Virus record (IMG/VR): IMGVR_UViG_3300037440_000315
Location: 36,871-100,870 of that record
DNA: 64,000 bases
From: a virus
Taxonomy: Duplodnaviria; Caudoviricetes
Direction: 5' to 3' (one strand)
The notes under the pieces were generated by a model. The model worked only from the letters and a program-made list of their open reading frames with translations, had not been told where the DNA came from and made no database searches. Positions 1-9,133 of the stretch are shown piece after piece; position 1 is the stretch's first letter, and the number at the start of each line of letters is the position of its first letter. The position numbers and the translations under genes were made by a program.

Positions 1-2373
1 GCGGTCAGCCGAACCGGAGCCATAGTGGGCGTCGAACTGGTCACGCAGTTGCGGGTTGGCTTGCAGTGCGTCGATCGCCGCTTTCGGCGGCTTGCGCATG
101 CGGTAGGCGTTCGCGGGATTGACCTGCACCGGCATGCCGGTTTCCGGACCTTCCGGCCGCCCCTGATACTGCCGCACCGGATCGCCGACGAAATCCCCGC
201 CGAACGCGCGTGTCGCAAGATCGGTCTCGTTCAGGAACTCAAGCCGCCGGATCTGCGATGCGGAGATCTTCTCACCCTTGAACAGGCCATCGACGAACCC
301 GGCAAGTTCTTCTGCCGTCTCTTTCGAACGGCCGTCATATTCGAACGCCTTTGCAGCCGCGACGCGGGCATAGGGTCCATACTGCTCTTCCAGCTTGCCC
401 TGAACTTCTTCCAGTGATTTATAGAGCGCATCGCCTTCAAGCCCTCTTGTCGGGGCAAGCACGACGCGGGATTCCTGTTTCGTGATCGGGGACTGCAAGC
501 CTTCGGGAATGCCGACCTTTGCCTGTGCATCGATGCGGGCTGCCGCGAGCGCCTGAACGAACTGCGGATCGCCGGGATTTTCGCGGATGCCTTGCTCGGC
601 TTCCTGCACTCCGGGCAGATCTGATACGGCGCTGGCTGGGTCTTTCTCGCGCAGCGTGCGGATTTTCTCCACCTCTTTCAGCGCCTTGTCGTACAGTTTC
701 GACTTGATTTGATACAGCTCTTCACCGACTTTCGGTTCGGTCTCGCGGAGACGGTCATCAAGTTCCGGTTCCGTCAGGCTGTTGATATCATTGAATGCCT
801 GGTATTCGAGTTCGGCTTCCTGCCAATCCGCTTTCAGGTCGGTGAACTGTTTCCGCGTCAGGACGCGCTCGGCACGCTCCAGCGCATTTTCGCCATTCTC
901 ATCAAGAATGGTGACGCCTTCATTGCGGATTTCCTCGATACTGTCCTTGGTATCCTGAGTTGCCTTGGTGCGGCTGGCGATCTTGGCCTTTTCGATCAGG
1001 GTGCGGCGGCGCTCAGATGGCAAGTGCCGGTACGGACCAAGGAAAACGACATTCGTATCATCCGATGCGGGCGCAGCATCGACGCCGCCAATCCGGCGAA
1101 CCTTCTCGCCCCACATCTCGACGAAATCAGCGCTTGTAACGCTCTCAACGCCGCCGGGGAATCGCTTGCGGACATCCTTGGGGATATTGCCCCAGATCGC
1201 CATCTTGGCCCATTTATCGCCCTTCTCGCGGCCTTCTCCGGTCGATGCCATATTCTCCCATGCAGGACGCTCGGGATTGGCCATGTGCGCGGCATAGCCG
1301 CCTTCGCCCTGCTGGTGGACCATGTAGAGATCGAGCACGCTGGGAGCGCGGCCGTAGGCAGCCTCGAACGTCTCCGCTTCGACCTTCAGTTTCCGCGCCG
1401 CTGCATTGGCGTTGGCTACCGGATCGTATATGCTGCCTTCGCCGCCATGTTTGCGGAACTCGGCATCGGAAAGCTGGAACAGTCCCTTGTATGAACCGGT
1501 CTTTGCTCCGGCGCGGCCGCTGCTTTCGATCTGGGCAAAGGTGGCAAGAATGCCGGGGTCGACATCATTTTGCTCGGCTGCGGCATTGATCGCATCATTG
1601 ATGCCTGCGTCAAACTGCGATACGGGTTTCCTGTCGCTGGTTGGCCGCGAAAACGGCCTTGCCCTGATCTCCGGGTTTTCGTCCGTATCCGGCTGGCCGC
1701 CGTGAAGATCCTTCAGGATTTCACTGAGATTGTCACCACGCTCGATGCGGCCAAGTACATGGGATTCCTCAAGTCCGGAATATCCCTTGCGGATTGCCTC
1801 ATCTTTCTCGATCGCCGTCAGGAACGGATTGGCGCCGACGAGACTTTCAAAATCCGTGCGGATGCCGTCAAGCGGTTCGCCAGCCTGCGCGCGCGATCCA
1901 TAGGTGTTCTTGACATCCTCGATCTGATTAAGCGAGACTCGCTTCTGTTCGCCGCGGGCAAATGTCGATGCCGAGCCGTAGAATTCACGTTCAGCGCTGA
2001 ACAGCTTGTTGTCGTATTTGCCTTTGAGCGGAGCGGGAACGGTTGACAGGAATTCCTTTGCGCCTTCACTGTAGCCTTCGACCCAGCGGTTGGCGAACCC
2101 GTCGGCCTGTCCCGGCTCAACGCTCCGCATGGTCTCGTCAAGATTGAGTTTCTGGTTCCACTTGAATTCCTGGAACCGGCGTTCGGCTTCGAACTCTTGC
2201 GCGGGGTCGACATGACTTGCGGCTCTTTCGATGTCTTTGCTAACCCCAGACACCGCCCGGCCAAGATCCTGCACGCCTTTGCCGACGGCGGTGACATCAT
2301 AGCTGGCGATCGGCCGGCCGGTCTTTGCTGAGGGTAATCCGCCCAGATCCTGCTTTGTCGGAAGACGGGCCAT
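1..2373 (-). CDS. Internal virion (ejection) protein with lytic transglycosylase-like domain; runs off the window end
   Basis: Not in the ORF track. Manual translation from ATG 2373 (MARLPTKQDLGG...) stays open to the window edge and contains AAEQNDVDPGILATFAQIESSG...GLFQL (SLT motif, catalytic Glu codon ~1525). Confidence 0.8.
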   Translation of the reverse strand, partial: MARLPTKQDLGGLPSAKTGRPIASYDVTAVGKGVQDLGRAVSGVSKDIERAASHVDPAQEFEAERRFQEFKWNQKLNLDETMRSVEPGQADGFANRWVEGYSEGAKEFLSTVPAPLKGKYDNKLFSAEREFYGSASTFARGEQKRVSLNQIEDVKNTYGSRAQAGEPLDGIRTDFESLVGANPFLTAIEKDEAIRKGYSGLEESHVLGRIERGDNLSEILKDLHGGQPDTDENPEIRARPFSRPTSDRKPVSQFDAGINDAINAAAEQNDVDPGILATFAQIESSGRAGAKTGSYKGLFQLSDAEFRKHGGEGSIYDPVANANAAARKLKVEAETFEAAYGRAPSVLDLYMVHQQGEGGYAAHMANPERPAWENMASTGEGREKGDKWAKMAIWGNIPKDVRKRFPGGVESVTSADFVEMWGEKVRRIGGVDAAPASDDTNVVFLGPYRHLPSERRRTLIEKAKIASRTKATQDTKDSIEEIRNEGVTILDENGENALERAERVLTRKQFTDLKADWQEAELEYQAFNDINSLTEPELDDRLRETEPKVGEELYQIKSKLYDKALKEVEKIRTLREKDPASAVSDLPGVQEAEQGIRENPGDPQFVQALAAARIDAQAKVGIPEGLQSPITKQESRVVLAPTRGLEGDALYKSLEEVQGKLEEQYGPYARVAAAKAFEYDGRSKETAEELAGFVDGLFKGEKISASQIRRLEFLNETDLATRAFGGDFVGDPVRQYQGRPEGPETGMPVQVNPANAYRMRKPPKAAIDALQANPQLRDQFDAHYGSGSADR

Positions 2374-2882
2374 CAGCTGTACCTGTAACTGCCGGAGGAA
2401 GAACCGCCGCCAGACCCTGTGTTATATTTCGACAATCCGGATGAAATCCCCCCGAGGATGGTTGCCGCCGCGGACAGCTTGGATCCCTTCTTCGCCGCCT
2501 TGCCGCTGATCCTTGCGCCTGTCGCCTGGGCTTCGGTCCCGGTACGCCGCGACTTGCCGCCATATTGCGCCATCTGCTCTTGCAGTGTACCGTAGCGCTC
2601 GATTTCGTCGGCGAGCGCTAGCGATGTCGGATCGGTTGCGGAAAAGCCTGAAGCTGCGGAGCGTGCAGTCAGCGATGACAGCGCCCGCTCCTTCTGCTCA
2701 CGGAGCTGTTTTGCTTCCTGCTGCCCTTGCGCCTGTTCTTCCTTGGCGCGGATGTCGAGCTGCGCGGCCTGATATTCAGCCTGTTGCGCTTCGGCATTGC
2801 CAGCCGCGATCGTACCCGCCGCAGACACAGCGGAACCGGCTATTGTCGCAACCATCATGGCTGTGGTAATCGGATCGGCCAA
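2373..2882 (-). CDS. Internal virion protein (T7 gp14-like ejection protein)
   Basis: Ala/Gly/Gln-rich with hydrophobic N-terminus; typical position after the acetyltransferase gene. Confidence 0.7.
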   Translation of the reverse strand: MADPITTAMMVATIAGSAVSAAGTIAAGNAEAQQAEYQAAQLDIRAKEEQAQGQQEAKQLREQKERALSSLTARSAASGFSATDPTSLALADEIERYGTLQEQMAQYGGKSRRTGTEAQATGARISGKAAKKGSKLSAAATILGGISSGLSKYNTGSGGGSSSGSYRYS

Positions 2883-3242
2883 TTAAGCCCTCCAACGGAA
2901 AAATATCATTGATCTGGGGTCAATCTCAAAACCAAGGCTTGTCAGCCATTTCAGGGAACCGGCTTCGCCTTCATCACGGCAGGCATAGATGATGCGGACG
3001 CCGGAGCGGCGGGCGTCGGCGAGAAACCGGATCGCCGCTCTCATGATGTGAACTTTGTATTTCCGGGCTTCTTCCGGCAAATCAGCAAACGCATACCAGC
3101 GGCCAGATTGCAGATACATGCCGCCGATGCCTATGATCCTGCCGTCAAGCTCGCCGACGACGGCGCGGATGGTTTGCGCGCTTGGGCGTCCGGCGTAAGC
3201 TTCGATGTCAGCGCGAGTTGCGGGGCGGACAGTCAGGCTCAC
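2883..3242 (-). CDS. GNAT-like acetyltransferase (T7 gp13-like)
   Basis: VRPAT..DI N-terminus and KWLTSLGF C-terminal GNAT-like motif; follows tail tube B. Confidence 0.65.
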   Translation of the reverse strand: MSLTVRPATRADIEAYAGRPSAQTIRAVVGELDGRIIGIGGMYLQSGRWYAFADLPEEARKYKVHIMRAAIRFLADARRSGVRIIYACRDEGEAGSLKWLTSLGFEIDPRSMIFFRWRA

Positions 3243-3244
3243 CG

Positions 3245-6200
3245 CTACTTCTCATTGGTGCCGACGGTCGGCACCACGGCCAACACGGTCGCCGGACGCG
3301 GCGATGCGGCGCGCAGGATCAGCCTCGGGTCAGTCTCATACGTTCCCGGCACCGGCACCGCGACCTGATCCAGCGTTTCATGGATCGTGTCGACATCGAT
3401 CACCTTGCCGTCAATCCGACCGGACAGGCTGTCGAGTTCGCCGGTGTCCTTTGCCCCGAACTGAATGCCGGACTGGTGCGTCTTGTAGAGGATCAGCGAG
3501 GCTTGCGGAACGCGCTTGACCTGGCCCAACGCGCTGCCCATTTCCGCCGCGTAGGCCAATTTGCTCGACTTCCACGTCGCCTTATACGGCAATCCGAGCA
3601 CGCCTTGGCTGACACCATCGGTAAGACCTGATAGCGTCAGATCGCCGCCTGTGTCGAGAGTATAGCGCGTCTGCAATGAGCCGATGCCGGGGGACAGATC
3701 AACGAACGGCGTCGAACCGCTGTCGAGATCGCCCCATGCAACGACTGATTCCCCGCCCAGATGCTCTGCCGCATCGGCGAATGTCAGCGCCTGGCTGGAC
3801 CCAGTTCCGAAGATAACTGCGCAATCCATCAAATAGGACAGCCCTGTGTCACCAAGGCATTCGCTTTCCAAGGCCCACTTTTCGAGGTATCGTTTATGCG
3901 AGCCGTTGATGGTGCGGCGGATGTGATAGTAAACGGCGTCTTCTTCGATGCCGGGAAGCACCATGGCGCGCTCGACGAGCGGAGATGTACCGGTGTCAGA
4001 TTCGAATATCGACCAGGCAATCACTTCCTCGTTGGGCTCGTAAGTTAAAATCCCAACGCGGCCATCGCCCAGCACACAATGAATGCGCGTATCCGGCTGG
4101 CGCTGAACCGCGATCGACACGACGCCAGCCGCGAGAAGATCCGGCACCAGCAGCGTAAGCTCGAAAGCTTCATAATCGGCGAGCGTGTTTTGCGCCGGGC
4201 CGAGTTCGAAAACACGCTGTTTCGATCTCTGCACCATAATGGCGCGGGTATCGAGCGCGACGGCGCGGACGTTTGCCGAGCCTTGCGTCGAGAACGGCAC
4301 GATGCTGGAATTGCTTGGCGTCAAGGGTTCATCAAGCGACGAGGATTTGACCGTCAGTTCCGATCCTGCTGTGCCAACCAGCAGACGCAGCACCGACATG
4401 AGGAAATGGATGTTGTCGACGGGACCGGAGCCAATCGTCCTGATGATCGGCGCGGCATCGCCTTCGACGCTGACATCGAAGTTCTCGAAATCATCCGAGG
4501 CTGACAGGAAGATGCTGCCGCCTTGGGCATGCGCCAGCCGTCCGCCATGCAGGCGGTTTGCGGTCGGGAACCCGCGCGCCTCCGACCAGTGTCCGAACTG
4601 CCAATTATCCGTCATGCCTGTATCGGAGAACCGTGACAGGACTTCGATATCGACATCGGTGTTGGAGTTGTAGCCGGTGATGCGGGCGCGGCCGGTGACG
4701 CTGCCACCGGCATAAGTGAACTCGACAAGCGCAGCGCCGGATGTGTATTCCATCATCCGGGCTCGGTAATGAACCGAGATATTATCTTGCGTATCGTCGA
4801 GATTGGCGCTGAATGTGCCCGTATCGGTGCCCGCTGTGTCACCAGTATCAAGCTGCGTCTGCCCTATATTTTGGGTGATTGGCTTGAAGCCAAAATCCGG
4901 ACCATCGAAAGAACGCTCGATCGCGATGCGCCCAGCATATGCGCCAGTCACGGAGACGGTAATGCGCCGTTCGTTGGATGCGTTGGGAGTTCCCGTATCA
5001 CCAATGCCCGTGACTTCAATCGGGTCCGTCTTAGCATCCAGCGCGCCGAGCGCCCATTCACCGCCTTGACCCTCGTGGAACAACCGCACCAGCGAACCGA
5101 CATGACCGGAACGGAACACCGGGATATCGGAATTCAGCTTGGTGTTGCCGTAAAAATGCGAGACAGAAAGCTTGGCTGATGACGACGGTGACGACAGAAA
5201 TGGCCCATCATCCGGCGCATAATCGACGACTGACCATGACCTGCCGGTGCCGCGGCGCTCGATCTTCTGCGGTCTGACGCCATTGCAGTTTGCAAAGAGC
5301 ACATCGGCCGACTGGTCATAGCGGACATTATCAAGATCGTTTCCCGTCCACGGCGTTCTAACCTCCACCGTGCCGCTGTCGCCGATCGACAGGGAATTGA
5401 CGATGCGATCAATCAAGGCATCGCTTTGAACCGTTACATGGAAATCCGTTGTCGGCGTGAAAGCGAGATTATGGTATCCAGTGCCGAGCGAAGCTTCCGA
5501 GATGTAGTCGTCATCACCGGCTGTTGATCCGACGCGCAGCGTTACCGGTCCGCGCGACACATGGATCGCAAGCGAATGCTCCGTGCCAGTATCAGAAACG
5601 ATCACGCGCTTTTGGTATTTCGCGCGAGCGCCTATCGAGCTTGCGTTAAGAACGAGGGACCCGCCCTGTATTTGAGTCTGAACTGCGCTGACAGCGGTAA
5701 ACATCTCGATTTCGGCGATGTTGAGTTCCGTATCGCCATCGACTGCCGTGAAGAACAGCCGCCAGTGTCGGCGCGCTTCAACCGTTCCGGTATCTGCGCC
5801 GGGAAGGGTAAATGAGCGTCTTTCGCTTGTCGCCCAGCCGGTCTGACCGGAGCGCTCGTCTTCCAGCGTCCACTTTCCAGTGTCGGTTGCGAACGTTCCG
5901 GTATCGAAGTTTCCCGTGATCAGACGCCAGGCGGTTGGCGCATTGTCGAGCCCCCCGGCAAAATCTACGGCACGGATGGAATATGATGTAATGGCTTTCC
6001 TGTCGACGGTATTTGCGCCAGTATCAAAATCAGCATTCCACCAACTTGGAAGCGCATTGCCTCCGGGCCCCCCAGCATTCCCCGTATCCTTCCATTCTGT
6101 GGAGTTGCTGTCATCTGCCGCAAACCAGGCAGGACCGAAGTCTTCCTCTACTGAGGACGTCACTTCCGATGACGCCGTTATCGTCACGCCAGCGGTAGAC

Positions 6201-6640
6201 GGCCCTGTCATCGTGGGAATGACATCCGTGCCATCACCAAATGATATAACCCCGCCAGTCGATCCGTTCACCCACCCGGTATCCGTCAACGCGACCGTCG
6301 TATCGACGGCTGGCCTTCCCAGCAGCGACAGGTCATGCGCATCCGAGCCCTGCCATGAGCGCATTGTTCCAAGGCCGGAACCGGTGTCGTTGGTCAGTTC
6401 GAGAAGGGCAAGATCATCGGCCGAGGCGATGAATTCGAGGAACTCTGCTCCAGAATCGTTAAAAGAAGACCCGATGAACTTCGTGCCAGGACGCAAGGTC
6501 ATCGGACCTTGGGTTTTCGGCAACCAGTTCGTCATGGTTTCCGCGGACAGCCGCGTGCGGTCGAGATCAACGCGCGCAAGCGATTTGGGAGATATGATTC
6601 CGCGCTGGAAGGCCAGCAGAGGGACATTCTGACGCGCCAT
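3245..6640 (-). CDS. Tail tubular protein B / nozzle with inserted discoidin (F5/8C, CBM32-like) domain; 16 DTG motifs
   Basis: N-terminus F.RGIISP...R.DL...NW.P..QG....RPGT and C-terminal GLPY motif typical of podoviral tube B; synteny. Confidence 0.85.
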   Translation of the reverse strand: MARQNVPLLAFQRGIISPKSLARVDLDRTRLSAETMTNWLPKTQGPMTLRPGTKFIGSSFNDSGAEFLEFIASADDLALLELTNDTGSGLGTMRSWQGSDAHDLSLLGRPAVDTTVALTDTGWVNGSTGGVISFGDGTDVIPTMTGPSTAGVTITASSEVTSSVEEDFGPAWFAADDSNSTEWKDTGNAGGPGGNALPSWWNADFDTGANTVDRKAITSYSIRAVDFAGGLDNAPTAWRLITGNFDTGTFATDTGKWTLEDERSGQTGWATSERRSFTLPGADTGTVEARRHWRLFFTAVDGDTELNIAEIEMFTAVSAVQTQIQGGSLVLNASSIGARAKYQKRVIVSDTGTEHSLAIHVSRGPVTLRVGSTAGDDDYISEASLGTGYHNLAFTPTTDFHVTVQSDALIDRIVNSLSIGDSGTVEVRTPWTGNDLDNVRYDQSADVLFANCNGVRPQKIERRGTGRSWSVVDYAPDDGPFLSSPSSSAKLSVSHFYGNTKLNSDIPVFRSGHVGSLVRLFHEGQGGEWALGALDAKTDPIEVTGIGDTGTPNASNERRITVSVTGAYAGRIAIERSFDGPDFGFKPITQNIGQTQLDTGDTAGTDTGTFSANLDDTQDNISVHYRARMMEYTSGAALVEFTYAGGSVTGRARITGYNSNTDVDIEVLSRFSDTGMTDNWQFGHWSEARGFPTANRLHGGRLAHAQGGSIFLSASDDFENFDVSVEGDAAPIIRTIGSGPVDNIHFLMSVLRLLVGTAGSELTVKSSSLDEPLTPSNSSIVPFSTQGSANVRAVALDTRAIMVQRSKQRVFELGPAQNTLADYEAFELTLLVPDLLAAGVVSIAVQRQPDTRIHCVLGDGRVGILTYEPNEEVIAWSIFESDTGTSPLVERAMVLPGIEEDAVYYHIRRTINGSHKRYLEKWALESECLGDTGLSYLMDCAVIFGTGSSQALTFADAAEHLGGESVVAWGDLDSGSTPFVDLSPGIGSLQTRYTLDTGGDLTLSGLTDGVSQGVLGLPYKATWKSSKLAYAAEMGSALGQVKRVPQASLILYKTHQSGIQFGAKDTGELDSLSGRIDGKVIDVDTIHETLDQVAVPVPGTYETDPRLILRAASPRPATVLAVVPTVGTNEK

Positions 6641-6646
6641 GGTGCG

Positions 6647-7294
6647 TTACCCTATCAGGTTTCCGCGTGATCCGCGGTCGCGGCTTCCGCCTGAACTTCC
6701 CCACCGGGCGCGCGTCCAACTGCCGGTCGGCCTGAATTTCGGCTGGGATTCATCCATGGCGTCAATGTTCTTTGCCTCTTTCCGCGCCTTGTCGCGGAGC
6801 TTGCCGATATTTTCCTTGAGCGAATTGTTCTGCGTCAGAGCAAGGCAGACGCGCTCGGCAATCTCAAGCGAAACGAACCGGGAGAACTTTGCCGGCCATC
6901 TTGTCAGATCGAGCCCGAGTCCGGTATCATTCGACACATAGCGGAAATAGAGCGGCGTCACGTCGGCGGACCAGAAATTTGCGTCATCGTAATAGTTGAT
7001 GAGCGGATTGGCGAAATACTCGTCTTCGCTCACCCCCGATGTCCGCACCCAATCCGACGGCTTGGCGAACACCTCCGTGTAGCCGAACTCCGGCGTCACG
7101 CCGGTATCCGCCGCGGCCTTGATGGTCTCCATGGCGAAGTTCCAGTGGCCGGACGCGATGCATTCGGCCACCACATCGCTCCAGACGGCAGTGGTTTCCC
7201 TCGCCGCCTTGATGTCTTCGCCGGTGTCGGTGATGCGCTCATTGCCGAGTTCGACAAGGCTGGCATTGATCACGCCGAGTTTGGTCGCGGCCAC
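6647..7294 (-). CDS. Tail tubular protein A / adaptor (T7 gp11-like); 3 DTG motifs
   Basis: IN.SL.ELG, HWNFA and P.DW.R motifs; directly upstream of tube B. Confidence 0.8.
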   Translation of the reverse strand: MAATKLGVINASLVELGNERITDTGEDIKAARETTAVWSDVVAECIASGHWNFAMETIKAAADTGVTPEFGYTEVFAKPSDWVRTSGVSEDEYFANPLINYYDDANFWSADVTPLYFRYVSNDTGLGLDLTRWPAKFSRFVSLEIAERVCLALTQNNSLKENIGKLRDKARKEAKNIDAMDESQPKFRPTGSWTRARWGSSGGSRDRGSRGNLIG

Positions 7295-7759
7295 TTAAGC
7301 GGCCTCCTCGGCGGCTTCTTTCGGATCAGACCACGGCAGACCGGTCGCCACGTTGATCGGCATAGCCTTGCCGGTTTTCGGATCAACCGACGGTCCGACG
7401 CAGGAGACCTGCAAGCCACACGGCTGCTTGAATGCATCGCGGACAACCGCAACGATCTGCAGATGTGCGCGCCACTGATAATTGTGCCCATGCAACACGA
7501 TGTCCGAACCAATCCAATCCTGCGGTTTGGTGGCGCGAAAGGCTGCCTGAGCCCACGCTCCCGGGATTAACGCCCCTTCAAATGACATGCCCTCTGGCGC
7601 TATCGTCGTAAGAATGGCATGTTTTTGCCCAAGGCTTTTCAACGCGTCGGCCGTGAATTTCTTGATCGTTGGCTCGCGCTTCTTTCTCAAGACTTCGGTT
7701 TTAACCGGCTCACCCTGCACAGACTTGGTAGGGACCTTTAGACGACGAGGCTCTGGCAT
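7295..7759 (-). CDS. Hypothetical phage protein
   Basis: Start moved to ATG 7759 (MPEPRR), downstream of the terminator, with an AGGA RBS. Confidence 0.6.
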   Translation of the reverse strand: MPEPRRLKVPTKSVQGEPVKTEVLRKKREPTIKKFTADALKSLGQKHAILTTIAPEGMSFEGALIPGAWAQAAFRATKPQDWIGSDIVLHGHNYQWRAHLQIVAVVRDAFKQPCGLQVSCVGPSVDPKTGKAMPINVATGLPWSDPKEAAEEAA

Positions 7760-7781
7760 TAAGTATGTCCTATATGTTGTT

Positions 7782-7813
7782 AAAAGGGAGACGGGCGGCA
7801 AGTTGCCGCCCGT
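7782..7813 (-). terminator. Rho-independent terminator after the capsid and decoration genes
   Basis: Hairpin ACGGGCGGCA-ACT-TGCCGCCCGT followed by CTCCCTTTTA on the minus strand. Confidence 0.65.
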
Positions 7814-7822
7814 TCACGACTG

Positions 7823-8092
7823 TTACGGCTGGCCAGTATCGAACCGGACCGTGCCCTGCGTGTCGCCAGTATCCTGCGCCGTGATGAAATAGCCATTCCA
7901 CACCACGTCATTGGTCTGATCGACAACCCTTATCGGATCACCTGGGACAGCCCCGTAATCCGTGGCATTGGTGAAATAGCCGACCGCCTGATAGGCTCCG
8001 ACTGATTCACCGCCAGTATCGATGTACTGGAACTGTCTCGCAGAAACGAGGCCCTGTGAGACGAGGGAAAGTCTTCCGGGATCATAACCCAT
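7823..8092 (-). CDS. Putative capsid decoration/cement protein; 3 DTG motifs
   Basis: 89 aa, beta-rich, between the major capsid gene and the terminator; GGAGG RBS. Confidence 0.6.
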   Translation of the reverse strand: MGYDPGRLSLVSQGLVSARQFQYIDTGGESVGAYQAVGYFTNATDYGAVPGDPIRVVDQTNDVVWNGYFITAQDTGDTQGTVRFDTGQP

Positions 8093-8105
8093 TGTTCAGC
8101 CCTCC

Positions 8106-8939
8106 TTAGATCGCTGATGCATCGTGCAGGAACTGCACAACGCCGGATTGCTGGAGCATGACCGTGCCAGTGAACGAAGATGCGCGGGCCCAGGAATAGT
8201 CCTGCTCTTCATCATAACCGATCTTGACGTCCAGATTTTCCATATCGAAGGCAGACCCGATGCTATTCTTGTGATAGAAATAGCATTTCTCGGCTGAAGT
8301 CCCTACGCCGGTCAGGTTGGGATGAAAGATCCAGTTAAAGCCAGCCCAGCGCATGACGCGCTTGGAAGGCCCGTTAAGGAATTTCATGTCCACGTAATCG
8401 ACGCTGTCAAACTCCGGGATCTGCATCAGATAACCGCGCACCGCTGGCGTGCAGACGGCGAACATGTTATCTTCTTCTTCGACTGGAACCTCGTTTTCAC
8501 CGAGGGTCGTGAGCGCACTCGCAACGACATTCAGGGACATTGTATCCCCGGTCGACCCGAGATTGTTCGTCGCCGTGTCCAGAATATCGATGATGTCCTG
8601 ATCGAGGCGGCGATTGAGCACCATGCGGGTAGTATCCTGCATGAGCTTGCGCTGGTTGCCCTGGGACTGGAAGATGTTGAACCGCGTCTTGCGGACCAGA
8701 TCGTTCCATTCCTTGACGGTTGCGGTATACTGGGTCATGTCATCGTGGCGAGCCTCGATGAGACCTTCGATGCCGCGAGAACTGGCAGCTGCCCCGCCAG
8801 AACCGGCGACCAGGAACGTCGCCTGATTGCCGCTACGCTGATGTTCGGTTACGGTGGTATGCCGCAACCAGGTTTTCCCCTCTTCAAATGTCGCGATCAA
8901 CTGATCTCGATATTGAATCATCGGGGCTGAGTTAGCCAT
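8106..8939 (-). CDS. Major capsid protein (BPP-1 Bbp17-like)
   Basis: Follows the scaffold gene; R..DQ.II.IL and W.GFNWI motifs; GAGGT RBS. Confidence 0.85.
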   Translation of the reverse strand: MANSAPMIQYRDQLIATFEEGKTWLRHTTVTEHQRSGNQATFLVAGSGGAAASSRGIEGLIEARHDDMTQYTATVKEWNDLVRKTRFNIFQSQGNQRKLMQDTTRMVLNRRLDQDIIDILDTATNNLGSTGDTMSLNVVASALTTLGENEVPVEEEDNMFAVCTPAVRGYLMQIPEFDSVDYVDMKFLNGPSKRVMRWAGFNWIFHPNLTGVGTSAEKCYFYHKNSIGSAFDMENLDVKIGYDEEQDYSWARASSFTGTVMLQQSGVVQFLHDASAI

Positions 8940-9133
8940 AATGGCACCTCTCGATTGTTTGAAAGATGCCGTTGCGTTCCGGTTGACCCTTTCCGGCGCA
9001 TGTCAGGGTTGACCGATCAAGTGAATGACCGGCGCCGTCTATGCGCCCAAGAGCGCTTCACGAACGGTGGGTGGATGTGCGATCGATCCGGCGCCGGGAA
9101 TCCGGGTTAACCAGATGAATGATCGCGAACGTA

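Noticed and set aside
3245-6640. DTG as the aspartic-protease catalytic motif
   Set aside because: Pepsin/retropepsin domains have one or two D[TS]G after a hydrophobic strand. Here there are up to 16 per protein, in varied polar contexts, in structural proteins.
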